Shown piece by piece: positions 10,601 to 21,135 of a stretch of 64,000 nucleotides of DNA. Made by a program: the position numbers and the translations under genes. Origin of the DNA: Methanobacteriota archaeon (GTDB taxonomy: Archaea > Thermoplasmatota > E2 > DHVEG-1); contig CAVYNH010000004.1 in NCBI GenBank assembly GCA_963769885.1, positions 64,001 through 128,000 on the forward strand, in the 5' to 3' direction. The notes under the pieces were generated by a model that worked only from the letters and a program-made list of their open reading frames with translations, did not search any database and was not told the origin of the DNA. Position 1 is the first letter of the stretch; each line of letters begins with the position of its first letter.

Positions 10601-13600
10601 TTATGAAATGATGAACTTATTATATCTACAAGTCCATCTCCATTAATATCAGTAATTAAGGAACCAGGTTGTTCAAAAACCAAAATCTGATAATCACGGA
10701 CGGGTTTCGGCCAATTTTCAAGTACTTCGTATGGTCCTTCTTGATTAACCTTAAAAAGTCGAACTTCCCATTGGGAACGCCCAATAATTTCTGGATAAGA
10801 ATCAGAATCGATGTTTGCAATGCAACAGTACGTCAAAACACCACTAGTATCCTCGATAGAAATATCTAAAGGAAAACCAGTTACTAAGGTTCCATTACCA
10901 TTGTACGCATATAAGTGGCGACTGGATTCTGCTTCCCGGTATAGGACAATTTCTGGTAAACCGTCTGAATCTATATCACCTAAACCAAAATTATTGCTAC
11001 CGCTATTTTCAATGGATTGAGGCCACCCTTCACTTACCAATCCGTCAGATTCAAACATCCATAAGTTGTCTTCTCCTGAGGGATTATTTTTACCATCTAT
11101 AACAATTTCCAAATTTCCATCGCCATCAAAATCAGCGACTGCAGGGGCACTATCCTGATAACTGAACCCTGCCTGATAAAGTAAATATGGCCATCCGTCA
11201 CGAATAGAACCGTCATGGTTGAAAACATATACATTAATATCTGGCCCAATCACAACTACCTCTAAATTCCCATCATTATCAAGATCAGCAATGGCGGGAT
11301 TTGATATAATATAATCACCAAAATTATTATTAATTATTTTAGGTGACCAACCTTCAACAGGTGTGCCGTCATAATTATAAGCAAAAATTCTTCCGCCTTG
11401 ACCAGTTGCCACAATTTCAAGATGACCATCACCATCCAAATCTACTAGTGAAGGAGAACAAAGAAAATTATAGTCATGTTTACTCCATAGTAAAGTGCCA
11501 TCATAGTGGAACACGTACAAATTGTACCAATCGGCTACTACAATCTCAGCCAAACCATCATCGTTTAAATCACCTATTGCAGCAGAATATTCTACTGGCC
11601 TTTCGGTTTCAAATGGCCAGTTTGGAACAATATTCCCATCAGAATCAATGACAAAAACTTGGCCTTTATATTGCAAATCATCGTAAGAGGACCAGGGTCC
11701 ATATGTACATACTACCGTCTCCTGCTTTCCATCGTGGTTAAAATCATAGGCATTAGGTGGTGCACTTATTGCTCCCGTGTCCAAATACGACGGCCAACCT
11801 TCTGTTAGTAAAGAATCGAAATACACTACAGCATAATCAAATACTACTTCTTGATTACAAGAGTTAACAACTAATTTAATTGTATAAAAACCATCATTTT
11901 GAAGATTACTCGCATCCCAAACCGCCAATAGACCATCATTTACAGGAGTTGAGGATGCATCTATTAAATTCCAATCATTTGGATAAATACCTTCCCCATA
12001 ATAAACTTCATAGGATTGAAAACTATCAGTATACGATATTGCAGTACCCCGTATATCAAATGTATGGGGGCCAATAAAGGTTTCATCAAGATATGAATTT
12101 AATTTTGCGATTAAATGGGGGTTTAAAGTGAGGGCATTATAGGCATTAATTCGCCCTGTTCCAATATAATAATCAGTATTTATAGAATCGACGGATGAAT
12201 GAAGAATAGTCCTTATTTCGTCGGTAGAAAGAGAATTATAAGAAAGCATGAGTCCAACCAATCCTGAAACAAACGGACAAGCAGCGGAGGTACCTGAAAA
12301 ATTATCATAATACATATCGTAGCCTAGATCATTCATATAGACATGGTAAGTTGGAAGTACTGTGAGAATATTCTCTCCAGGTGCAGCAATATCAGTCCAC
12401 GATCCATAGCCAGAAAATTCAGACCTCTCATCGACATTGTTTGTAGCAGCAACATTGATAACGTTGTCATACACTGCTGGGTAGGCTCTCATATCTCCGA
12501 CATAATTCCCCCGCGATGCAACGAGCACAACGCCATGAGATGAAGCATAGTCAAGAGCCTCTTTCAAAATAGTATCAGGACAAAGCGAACCCCAACTCAT
12601 GCTAATGATGGATGCACCATTATCTACCGCGTATTCTATGCCACTTACAATAGATGAAAGATAGCCGGTTCCATACTCGTCAAATGCTTTAATAGGCATA
12701 ATTTTACAATTCCAACTCACTCCTGCCATGTATTGAAGATTATTAGTCTTGGCAGCAGCAATACCTGAACAAGCCGTTCCGTGTCCGCAATCATCTAAAG
12801 GATCATTATCATAATTAACAAAATCCCATCCTATAACATCATCAATGTAGCCGTTATTATCGTCATCTATACCATTGCCTGGAACTTCGTTTATATTGTT
12901 CCAAATTTTATTATTCAAATCTGGATGACTGTAATCTATCCCAGTATCCAATACCGCGATAACCACATCTGGATTTCCCTGCTCTATATCCCAAGCTTGA
13001 GTAGCGTCAATGTCATGATCATTACTCTGTTCAAGTGCCCATTGATTATCAAAAAAAGGATCATTTGGTTTTACGTATACTTGATAACAGTTGTCGAAAT
13101 TAACATATTCGATATTGGGATCTTGTTTGTATTTAAAAACACATTCACAAACATCAATTGTTTTTTGGAATTTAAATACATAAGTGTTTGAGTGCTCTGA
13201 AGTATCCTTTTCATCAAATATTTTTTCGATTTTTTCTATATTGTATTTTGCATTCAATTGATCTATATATGGCAATCCAGTTAAAACAGATTTATTATCA
13301 TTATGAATGTTTACTATTGCATTTTTTTTAAATTTAATAATGATACTAGTGTGAGAAAAGTTATTTTTAAAATTTTCATTTAATTTGGCTAATTTTGCGG
13401 ATGTAAATTGATCAGTACCATTGAATAAAATATCTATATTCTCTTGTTCTCCCTTGTAGTCGTAAATATTTTTATTGTTAAAATTTTTCTTTAAAGTTTC
13501 GTTAACATCTGTAGATAGCATTGATTTTGGGGATTCATTCGTGTGTGATAACATATGAGTATTTCCAGGTAAAACAAAAATACCGACAATCATTAATATA

Positions 13601-13641
13601 ATAGCCAATCTCCAGCATCGTTTTAATAAAATAATTTTCAT
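7627..13641 (-). CDS. Giant secreted S8 (subtilisin-like) protease with FG-GAP/VCBS propeller, PKD domain and conserved C-terminal module
   Basis: Catalytic triad VLDTG / HGTACSG / GTSAACP; repeated DLDGDG.LEIV motifs; FDWGDG; signal peptide. Confidence 0.9.
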   Translation of the reverse strand: MKIILLKRCWRLAIILMIVGIFVLPGNTHMLSHTNESPKSMLSTDVNETLKKNFNNKNIYDYKGEQENIDILFNGTDQFTSAKLAKLNENFKNNFSHTSIIIKFKKNAIVNIHNDNKSVLTGLPYIDQLNAKYNIEKIEKIFDEKDTSEHSNTYVFKFQKTIDVCECVFKYKQDPNIEYVNFDNCYQVYVKPNDPFFDNQWALEQSNDHDIDATQAWDIEQGNPDVVIAVLDTGIDYSHPDLNNKIWNNINEVPGNGIDDDNNGYIDDVIGWDFVNYDNDPLDDCGHGTACSGIAAAKTNNLQYMAGVSWNCKIMPIKAFDEYGTGYLSSIVSGIEYAVDNGASIISMSWGSLCPDTILKEALDYASSHGVVLVASRGNYVGDMRAYPAVYDNVINVAATNNVDERSEFSGYGSWTDIAAPGENILTVLPTYHVYMNDLGYDMYYDNFSGTSAACPFVSGLVGLMLSYNSLSTDEIRTILHSSVDSINTDYYIGTGRINAYNALTLNPHLIAKLNSYLDETFIGPHTFDIRGTAISYTDSFQSYEVYYGEGIYPNDWNLIDASSTPVNDGLLAVWDASNLQNDGFYTIKLVVNSCNQEVVFDYAVVYFDSLLTEGWPSYLDTGAISAPPNAYDFNHDGKQETVVCTYGPWSSYDDLQYKGQVFVIDSDGNIVPNWPFETERPVEYSAAIGDLNDDGLAEIVVADWYNLYVFHYDGTLLWSKHDYNFLCSPSLVDLDGDGHLEIVATGQGGRIFAYNYDGTPVEGWSPKIINNNFGDYIISNPAIADLDNDGNLEVVVIGPDINVYVFNHDGSIRDGWPYLLYQAGFSYQDSAPAVADFDGDGNLEIVIDGKNNPSGEDNLWMFESDGLVSEGWPQSIENSGSNNFGLGDIDSDGLPEIVLYREAESSRHLYAYNGNGTLVTGFPLDISIEDTSGVLTYCCIANIDSDSYPEIIGRSQWEVRLFKVNQEGPYEVLENWPKPVRDYQILVFEQPGSLITDINGDGLVDIISSSFHNAIYCWTPGGDFDSAALEWPMFQHDPQHTGYYIPPSNSPPCKPTLTQSNIIPEPTGLKRYWFDATSTDPDNNNIFYTFDWGDGTNSGWVGPEASGVTCSQSHRYSWGTHQPTVKVRAKDAYGVMSEWSEPLTITPVDQIVGCPQVGGYVQNVENQIAGSSFTMTANGTANYMCAFIKTDLGTSSTVRCMIYNSDDTLLGMTEEKTISNDNGSWVLFNFSTPLTLRNNTDYSLVCWSGQPCYLAYDGTTVSCGRLKAQTYDSDVPPSTIVWDQFPNEMNSIFCGYVTKPEIKMISASPNPIGFGGNTTLTTGIESFEIPINITKIRIKYPDNSFYNLTMNQINNNTFSYLFNDSWTSGKYNYSIWTMDEIGSSNYSIDHSFNVTSHASINVATLKAHYTNDEYIELTDPPSPPQNYTLTGRGLTWNTYYDNALGYDVLEAYAGPVNYQNENNTWTPINQNITLLTSNNLAYNYGYRAGNDHGLYNAYFKPNLQNAWPVAFAYNKSQNPTMNILRTKLLGVGYLDPSQNWNHVILQNIQSSQGQLQNNAVIYPGAFTGTDVIYRYQSTMLKENIQLGTTAKSMLLAHPPSSYGLNTQTSYLVFITKLDPLTLHLYNASSEITGNITIENGRLSFKDATGIFKCAMPIDDAYELQNASHRLPLKYRIIRMGGEWYLLSGCKYSDLMTLQFPVIIDPTLTVDSSSSASYLPRFDAHYEDAWEATTANGPICDPNLFIQIGQETFSSDYYIYRGFLYFNTSMLPSNMVIHNVTLSLYNAGDSSDTDFNIQVQSGQPDHPKDPLDTTDYNKAYYSNITGTLNTANLVEGYNDIELTNTKNEEWINLSHWTKLCLRSSRDIAALPPTGDEYVDFFNSEQGADFAPRLVIVHENQSKIKNTGTTNLSGYLLIQVQFYDPQSKEWILDNDAVNETSPRMIEPGQQLALDQIFNGLVRACDLTNGEGLYRVYAAFRDPNGNILVDSDQNKIEASWQFTVVK

Positions 13642-13709
13642 ATTAATACCTCCTCATAACTTACAAAAATAAATAAATTATTAATTAATAAATCTTTCGT
13701 AAATGTGTA

Positions 13710-14799
13710 TGTTGCCCGTACATTCGTTCCTCTTCCTGTTCAATGCATGCAATTTCATAAGGTGAGCCTGCAGAGCACTTCAATGTACTGATGGAGTCTT
13801 TTCTTCGATGCAAGCACCGAGCCGAACACTTTCTTGATGGCCGAGATGATGCCCTCGGTAACCAATCAATAGTAATATTCTTTCATGAACTCCTCAAATG
13901 GTCCTTTTAATGGCGGATGTTCCTCCTCCAGGATGAGTTCCCTGACTTTGGCGGTCGAGTTGTTCTTCATCTTGATGTATGGCGTCGCTTGGGAACCGTT
14001 CGACCTCGCTAGTCATTTCCCGGGAGAGGTATCCAGAGCCCGAACCTATGGTCGTGCTTCCAGCCTTTGGAGCTGAGGTCGACGAGGATCCTGCCGCTGT
14101 CTAGATCCACGGCGAAGTGGACCTTGATGAATTTCCGTTTCGCCTTCTTTTTTCCGTTCCGTACCTGAATCTCTTGCAGAAGACCGTTCGCGGTCTGGAT
14201 GGTCGCGGGATAGCGGTGATCATTGACGCCACCGGTCTGTCACTGAACCAGTACGGTCAGTGGATCGGCGAGGTAAGTAACGGGGATGTCCTTGATGTGG
14301 TCCTGCACGATGTTCGCATCAGGGACCGCTTCAAGCAACCACGAATTGTCCTCGCAAACCCACGCAAGAAAACTCTCCGTATCCAGATAGGAGAGGCAGA
14401 ACAGGTACTCGAACATCAGGAAGACCGCTATGTCCTTCGGGCGGACCGGAGGCCGGCCCATCGTACCCGACGGACGGACCGTGTACGGGTCCGGCTTTGC
14501 TTTGACCAGTTGTTTCACTCTAAGGATACACCGGGCGTACTTCCATTTCCTCTGCTCTTTGTATCCAACCCAGAATCCCTTGCGGTATTGCTTGTATTTG
14601 CGTCCGCTGTATTTGCTTTTTCTCCTGTTTTTCTTCATTTTCGCATCCCATCCTGCACCACACTTTTTCGGGATGGATGCTGTCCGACAGTATTAAAACA
14701 GTGAGCGGATTACCCTTAGGAAAGATGCCCATCCTCGCTTTCTTGTGATGGCAAAAACGATATGGGCTTTATCCCGATAAACTTAATTTACGGGCAACA
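13710..14799 (-). mobile_element. Degraded IS (IS5-like DDE transposase pseudogene) with terminal inverted repeats
   Basis: TGTTGCCCGTACATT (13710-13724) vs AATTTACGGGCAACA (14785-14799), 14/15 match; fragmented ORF with KFIKVHFAVD and EGIISAIKKVFG pieces. Confidence 0.7.
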
Positions 14800-14974
14800 C
14801 TTTGAACCAGGAAAAACAATAATAATCGAATGATTGTAAAAAACTAAGATTTTTGACCCCCAACTTTATTAAAATATGTAAGAGATATTATGTAAGAGAT
14901 ATGTATTAATATAAAGAATTGATAGATATTTGTAGCTCTAAGAAATACATAACTCGTGTCTGAGCAAGTTTTTT

Positions 14975-16250
14975 AACTCATCAGCCATGTTTTATCCTTA
15001 CAACCGCCAAGTTGCAAGCACCGAAACGATCCGCTTATGATTTTCTAATCCCCGATTGGACCGGAAGGCGCCGATGATCTTGCGCATAACCACATGCTCG
15101 TGAATCGTTTGCTTGGCGACGTTGTCCGTCGGCTGCATCTCTGGATACAGCAAGCACGTATGCTAGCTGCTCGGTCCGTTCATTAGGTATTGCGCCTTCA
15201 CTCGCGCCTCAGGATTATCGATGTAGTTATCAACCAGGGATTTAAGTTCCCGGTCCCAGTGCATTTTTTGTTTGATGCGCTGGGACATCGGCGGGTCCTT
15301 GCCGACGAAGACTTTCAACTTCTTGAATCGTCGATGCAACTTTCGGGAGAACCTCTGTTCGTGGTCTGAGAGGGTCGCCAGCATCGACCTCTCGGTGGAG
15401 GTGTGCCCAGCAGCGCTTTACCGTGGGCAGCGCCTGGTAGCTGCGGTGGCCGTCGTTGACCAAGGTGCCGTTGACACCTCGGCGCCGAAGATTTCCTTAG
15501 CCCTTTCTGCTACGGGATGCTCTGATCATTATTAGGACACCCGTACTAATCGGTTAAAAAATCCGCAGCTAGTGGTTCCTCCTCGTGATTGGCACCCCGG
15601 TCCCGCCGGTATGCCGCCAGCGAGTGGTCCTAATCCTCAGTTGGAGACATTCGTATTCGGGAGCGCAGGTGCCCCCAACCCGTAGGGAGATGTTGTGGAC
15701 GTCTTTGGGACTAATCTGCAGCCCATATTGTTGGTGGAGGGCGTCCTGGATGCGTCGCAGGACGCCCCGTTGGTGGAACTTCATGAGGGTAATGGTGGTC
15801 ATGAGGTGGACGCAGAAGCTGCCTTGGTGTGGACAGTCCAGATGCGCAGCAGTGATTTCGATGCCGCACCCGAGGCAGTGACAGCAGTGAAGGTCGTCAC
15901 AGGCAACCTTGACGTGTGGTGGTGGGATGTCTTCGATGGTGCGGAATTCGATGCTGGTCGCGGCTTCTACCTCGGAGCCACATCGGGAGCAGCAAGGGTA
16001 ATGACGATGATTTCATTGGGGTCTGGTATGTCCCGGGTGGCACTGCGGTGGCCCGATAGGGCACCATGTCGCCCTGGCGTGCTGCCCTGCCAGCGTAGAT
16101 TTTAAATCGTTGTTGGGACAGTAGCGTATGAGCATTCTCCTACGCCTTTAGTCGTTGTTTGGGCTCTTTTATTCTCCGTTTTTTAAATGGAGCATATTCT
16201 GCCTGACTTTGTCAAGCTGGTTCTGCAGCCCATCCAACTAGTTCTATATC
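14975..16250 (-). pseudogene. IS66-family transposase remnant with many frameshifts (boundaries approximate)
   Basis: Fragments RCWAHLHRE, KAQYLMNG and PTDNVAKQTIHEHVVMRKIIGAFRS are typical of IS66 TnpC. Confidence 0.7.
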
Positions 16251-16361
16251 GATAAAAGGCTGCAAGGTTTTTTCAATCAAGAAAAGAGAAGGTCAACTAA
16301 ATAATACACAGATAAAATCTTATAATTATTATATAGTCTATTAAAGCCGATATTCCCTCTT

Positions 16362-17195
16362 TTGAATAACAAATTTAATATAGTAGTATGTCATTTCATA
16401 ATGGTAGAGAGGGAGAAAATGAAAAATAAACCTTTGTATATATCCCTTGGAATCGTTTTTCTATTCATGAGTATTGTGATTTTACCTAGTATCTATGCAG
16501 ATAATACTACATCGATAACCGACAATCTGATTGTTGTAGTACAAACAGATAAATATAACTATGAAGTGGGCGAACCTATTGAAATTTCAATTTATGTTGA
16601 AAATCATGAAGAGACGGATATTACAGTTGTTTTTCCAACCACCCAAAAAGCAGATTTTCAAGTAAACAATTGCTATCTTTGGTCATTTGGTAAATTTTTT
16701 ACTACATTACCGACAACAGTAACAATACAACCTAAGGAAAAAGTACTACTATTAAATGATAGTTGGGAACAAGTTGATTTCGATGGAAATCAAGTTTCTC
16801 CTGGTTTATTTATTATTACCGGATGGATGGTTCAAACCCAACAATACCCTCCAATTATTTCTGAGCCAGTTACCATTAGAATTGGTTCAGAAATAAAAAT
16901 CGGGATTAATTACGGGCTCGGCGTCACAATATCCGCTGCCAATGTCGGAATGTTCAATCTAACCGATATTCGGGAAAATATATCAATCACGGGCGGCAAC
17001 CTTGGTTTTATTCACATATCAAGATTATATGAAGTTGATAATTTGAATATTAATCAATCATTTACAAAAACTTTTTATCCCTTTGGTATTGGTCCAATAA
17101 AAATTGATATTAAAGTTATTGCATCCAACGCTCCAGAATCAACTCTTAAAAAACAATTGTCTTTAATTTTCTTATTTGTGTATCCTGAAGAGTAA
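16362..17195 (+). CDS. Secreted protein with BsuPI-like (proteinase-inhibitor-like Ig) domain
   Basis: Signal peptide (likely start MKNKP); TDKYNYEVGEPI...FPTTQKADF...WS.GK.F...W...D..GN.V.PG pattern. Confidence 0.6.
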   Translation: MNNKFNIVVCHFIMVEREKMKNKPLYISLGIVFLFMSIVILPSIYADNTTSITDNLIVVVQTDKYNYEVGEPIEISIYVENHEETDITVVFPTTQKADFQVNNCYLWSFGKFFTTLPTTVTIQPKEKVLLLNDSWEQVDFDGNQVSPGLFIITGWMVQTQQYPPIISEPVTIRIGSEIKIGINYGLGVTISAANVGMFNLTDIRENISITGGNLGFIHISRLYEVDNLNINQSFTKTFYPFGIGPIKIDIKVIASNAPESTLKKQLSLIFLFVYPEE

Positions 17196-17551
17196 TCCTA
17201 TGGAATAATCAGTTACAGAACTTTTATACTTTTATATAAGGAGGCATGCAGTATATGCCTTACCTATTTACCATTCAAGCATCCGTCGTCTTTCTTTTTT
17301 CTTATGAGTGTTCATGGTGAGTCCAGGGTAGAGTAATTTCGGTTATTGGTCTTTACCGAAATTCAATGTTCATTTAAGCCATCACGCCCAGAGTCTCCAC
17401 TCCTTAACCATCGACAGGATTTATCCGCACCCAACAGAAGTTAAGTTCTGCTGACACAAAGCTGTTTTTCGGCCTCGAATAGAGAGATCCCGTAGGTATT
17501 CCTCATTTCTCAAGGAAAAATTATTATTCATGAAATGGTTATGAGAATAAT

Positions 17552-18277
17552 ATGTCTCAAAAAATATCTCCCATGACAGGATTACCGCGCATTCCCCCAC
17601 GGATACGACTCAAGGCAATATTACCACCTACTTTACCAAAAGATTCCGATGAAATTAATAAAATTATGAAGGAATTCCCGTTTAATGCATTTTTACTCTA
17701 TAGTGATATGGATATGGATATCACCGAGTTTGTCCGGTTGCAGGGAGGTCTTCTCCACGATTTGTCTGGTAAGGATTGTCTCATCCATGTCCTAGAAAAT
17801 CCCACGGAATGGGATAACAACTGGGAAAAATATTGGGAGGAAAAACTAGGAGACAAATATTCTGAAATATCGAAATATTGGCATACCTTGCAACCCTGTG
17901 AACGGAATAAAGCATTCGAGATCGCGAAGGAATTTGGCGTTAAACTTGATTCCCTTCCCTCCATTTTCTTATTTGTTGATTATCAGAGCCGGGAGGGGAT
18001 ATCAATCCCTATTGTAATCAGCAAGGATAATTATCTAAAATTTTTTGAAGGGCTCTTCCAGAAGATCCATGAAGTATGTGATAATGATTACCAAATTCGA
18101 CTCGGGGAATTTAGAAAGTCATACCGTAAATTTTGGCTTAAATGGGTATTGCCGGTGAAAGTGAAAAAAGGTCTTGAAGCCTTCAATGATTGGGGTTCAC
18201 TCATAGCTCAAACAGAAAAGACAATTAAAGACATCATGTCGCCTTTCAATTTGTTACCTGAATCGACCAATAAATAA
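17552..18277 (+). CDS. Hypothetical protein (possible thioredoxin-like fold)
   Basis: 241-aa AT-rich ORF; LLYSD.D...LHDLSG...IAKEFGV..DSLPSIFLF pattern. Confidence 0.6.
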   Translation: MSQKISPMTGLPRIPPRIRLKAILPPTLPKDSDEINKIMKEFPFNAFLLYSDMDMDITEFVRLQGGLLHDLSGKDCLIHVLENPTEWDNNWEKYWEEKLGDKYSEISKYWHTLQPCERNKAFEIAKEFGVKLDSLPSIFLFVDYQSREGISIPIVISKDNYLKFFEGLFQKIHEVCDNDYQIRLGEFRKSYRKFWLKWVLPVKVKKGLEAFNDWGSLIAQTEKTIKDIMSPFNLLPESTNK

Positions 18278-18430
18278 GGTGCACAATTAAATCAGCACTT
18301 TCAAAGAAGGAATAGATGTTCTCTTGCCACATAGAAAAAACATAGATGAGAATAATAGTTATGATTGAATAAGGGAGGGTTCATTACACCAGTGGTCATA
18401 GAAGCAAACCAGCGGTAATAATGCTTGGGC

Positions 18431-18540
18431 AAGTGGTCTAGTGGTTATCAGAGGAAAATAACCGTTATGTTTTTTCGTTAAAATATTCAGCGAAGATTTC
18501 TACGGACTTACTAAAAAACCATTCTTTTTTCTCCCTTTTC
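18431..18540. repeat. Repeat C copy 2
   Basis: Diverged match to 7031-7140. Confidence 0.75.
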
Positions 18541-18638
18541 TTTCACTATATATTTTTATGACAAATATCACTCTGATATTAACGGAGTAGAACTGACTTG
18601 GGTCCTAAGAAAAAAAAGAATCAGGCTTGAAAGCTTGA

Positions 18639-18917
18639 TCATTTAACCACTGTGAACTGCCAGGAGGCGGCAAGTAGATTCTGATCACTATCGACCAAGA
18701 TGTTGCCTTCAGGGTCACGGAACGACGCATAGGCACGATACAAGCCCTCGCCGTTCTTTAAATCCCCTGCCCGAACAAGACCGTTGAAAATCTGATCCAA
18801 TGCAAGCTGCTGACCAGGTTCAATCATTCTAGGACTCGATTCATTGACTGCATCATTATCAAGGACCCACTCTCCAGATTGTGGATCGTGGAACTGCACC
18901 TGAATCGAGAGACATCC
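18639..18917 (-). pseudogene. Orphan 3' fragment of the giant secreted-enzyme C-terminal module
   Basis: QF.DPQS.EW.LDNDAVNE.SPRMIEPGQQLALDQIFNGLVRA...ASWQFTVVK is nearly identical to the end of 7627-13641; truncated about 14 bp from the OLD gene stop. Confidence 0.85.
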
Positions 18918-18930
18918 GCATTTTCCTGCC

Positions 18931-20880
18931 TCATAATGCTTTTTTCAAAGTAATTATTTTATTAACAATATTCTCAATTGATTTACACGATTTTCCGTCA
19001 TTCTTAGCTTTCTTGATTAACTCCTCAAAAACTGTTGGGTTCTTATCAACTTGTTCAGAACGAAGGCAAAATTGTTTACAACACCCTGCTTTGAAAGTGG
19101 TGACAAAATCTAACCCCAGTTCACTTGACATCGTTTGTGGTAAATTCTGCTTGAAACATGCATATTTATCTGATATATTGTCGGGCCAATCTACTTCCGG
19201 TTCGCCACATAACTTTAACAATTTTCGATTTTCAATAGGCGTTGATTGAGGTTCTTCAGGAGGATGAAAATCACCATCCCATAATGGATATACTAATATT
19301 CCCATTTTTTGGAATATTATTAGTGGTTTGTCCATGTTTCCTTTGCCCATACAGGGTATTATGGGGATCCCTTCTGTCTCCATATTTATACCGATAGCTG
19401 CAGCCGTTCCCATGAGTGCAGCCTTATCGCTTTCCCCCTCGACTAAAATTACTAAATTAGAAAAAAAGCCTTCGTTCATAATCGGCGTCATAATTATTCT
19501 CAAACGGGCTTCTAAACTGTGCGGATTTAAGGTACCTTTTGGTTTTCCATCCGCTCGGTCAATAATTTCAGCTACCTCAAGTAAATTTGTCGATGTGATT
19601 TTTGCCTGTTTTGGTTTTGCTGGATCTATTGTCTTCTTCCGTATTGACCTTATTTGGTCAAGTTTTTTAATATCAACAAATAAAGGAGAGTGTGTAGTGT
19701 AAATAATCTGTATTTTATCGATAATTTCTCCAATTCTACCTGCTGCCAATTCTTGCAAAATATTTGCAAAATGACGCTGTCTGATTGGATGCTGATATAA
19801 TTCTGGTTCTTCGATACCTATTATGAGGTTTGGCAATTTTGCCTTAACAGTAGGAGGAACCCCTGGTTCGCCTTCTTTTTTTTCTTCTGTCGATTGTGTT
19901 ATTGCTAACTGTTGAAATAATGTTAAAATAAAAGCTCGTTGCAATCCATGGCCCACTCGATCTATTGATGATGGATAGTCATCTTCTATTAGTTTGATGT
20001 CTGCGATTGGTGATGGAATTTCTATTGTTTTTTGGAAATTCCAGTTTAATTTGATACCCGCATCAGGAATAAACTGTTTTAGGGCAGTATTCAAATTTTC
20101 TTCAAGAACGCCCAGCTCAGTGAAATCTTTAGCTTGTAAAATTTTTTCATATTCACTTTGTGTATTTTCCCCCAATCTGACCAGTTTTGTGTTTCCTGCT
20201 AGTGTTTTACGAACTACTAAATCCATAAGTTCAGTTAAGGGTGTGCCCTTTTTTTCCTCTGCATCCTCTGCAGCATCACGAACGGCAGGAATTAAAATGA
20301 ATTTTGTAAATTTTTCAAGATGACTGTTTCCAACAGCATTGAATCCAAAAAACTGACCATCATCTCTACGTCTTGTGCAAGAAGCTTTATTCGCCTCCTC
20401 CCATTGCTGAAGGAAACTTTCGCATTCTTCCTTGTTAGTATAATCTGGTAACCCAAAAGTTTCCTTCAATGAAGAGTATTCTTTTCTAAGTTGCGATGTG
20501 CCATGAGCAGATCTAAAAGAATCAAAAGCTGGATTCCGAAGACTTTCGCCATAATATTTTTGTATTGACTTTGGAGTCTGAAACGTAATTATTTTTTGAA
20601 CAGTAAGTGTATTGTCGAAAATATATTTATTAAAAAGGGTTTTTTCGTCTTGGTTCAAGTCTTTGTATCTGACGGATATGATTATTTCATTTGAAGTCTC
20701 ATGATTATAAAAATCTTCTTCAGTTATAGTATAATTTATTTCGTAGAAGATTCTTAGAGCTGTTAAAAAGGTTGATTTCCCTGATCCGTTTGGACCTATC
20801 AGGGCAATGAGTTGTTGACAATTAAGTGTTTCATCAACGATACAGCGAAAATTTTGTACCCGTAAACTTTCGATGATCAC
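18931..20880 (-). CDS. OLD-family ATP-dependent endonuclease (ABC ATPase + TOPRIM)
   Basis: GPNGSGKST, GHGLQR, IEEPELYQHP, TTHSP, TOPRIM ILVEGESD and WDGD. Confidence 0.9.
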   Translation of the reverse strand: MIIESLRVQNFRCIVDETLNCQQLIALIGPNGSGKSTFLTALRIFYEINYTITEEDFYNHETSNEIIISVRYKDLNQDEKTLFNKYIFDNTLTVQKIITFQTPKSIQKYYGESLRNPAFDSFRSAHGTSQLRKEYSSLKETFGLPDYTNKEECESFLQQWEEANKASCTRRRDDGQFFGFNAVGNSHLEKFTKFILIPAVRDAAEDAEEKKGTPLTELMDLVVRKTLAGNTKLVRLGENTQSEYEKILQAKDFTELGVLEENLNTALKQFIPDAGIKLNWNFQKTIEIPSPIADIKLIEDDYPSSIDRVGHGLQRAFILTLFQQLAITQSTEEKKEGEPGVPPTVKAKLPNLIIGIEEPELYQHPIRQRHFANILQELAAGRIGEIIDKIQIIYTTHSPLFVDIKKLDQIRSIRKKTIDPAKPKQAKITSTNLLEVAEIIDRADGKPKGTLNPHSLEARLRIIMTPIMNEGFFSNLVILVEGESDKAALMGTAAAIGINMETEGIPIIPCMGKGNMDKPLIIFQKMGILVYPLWDGDFHPPEEPQSTPIENRKLLKLCGEPEVDWPDNISDKYACFKQNLPQTMSSELGLDFVTTFKAGCCKQFCLRSEQVDKNPTVFEELIKKAKNDGKSCKSIENIVNKIITLKKAL

Positions 20881-21135
20881 AATAATTCCTTTCTAGGATA
20901 TCCAGTTGATATATGCTTTTTCCTTTTCATTCTTCTCGAAAAAGTTATACCCTCGCTAACAACTCTTTCAGACTAGAAATGTTTTAGGGCCCTATAAATT
21001 AATCTAATTTTGATTTTATCAAGACGGTTAACAATGCAACTAATAAAAAGATTTTAATAGAACCTTTAGTTAAGAATCATGCATAGAGGCGCAGGATGAC
21101 AAAAGATGACATACTACTGAAATGGGGATATTTTC

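Noticed and set aside
18931-20880. Complete Gabija system
   Set aside because: No adjacent UvrD-like GajB helicase.
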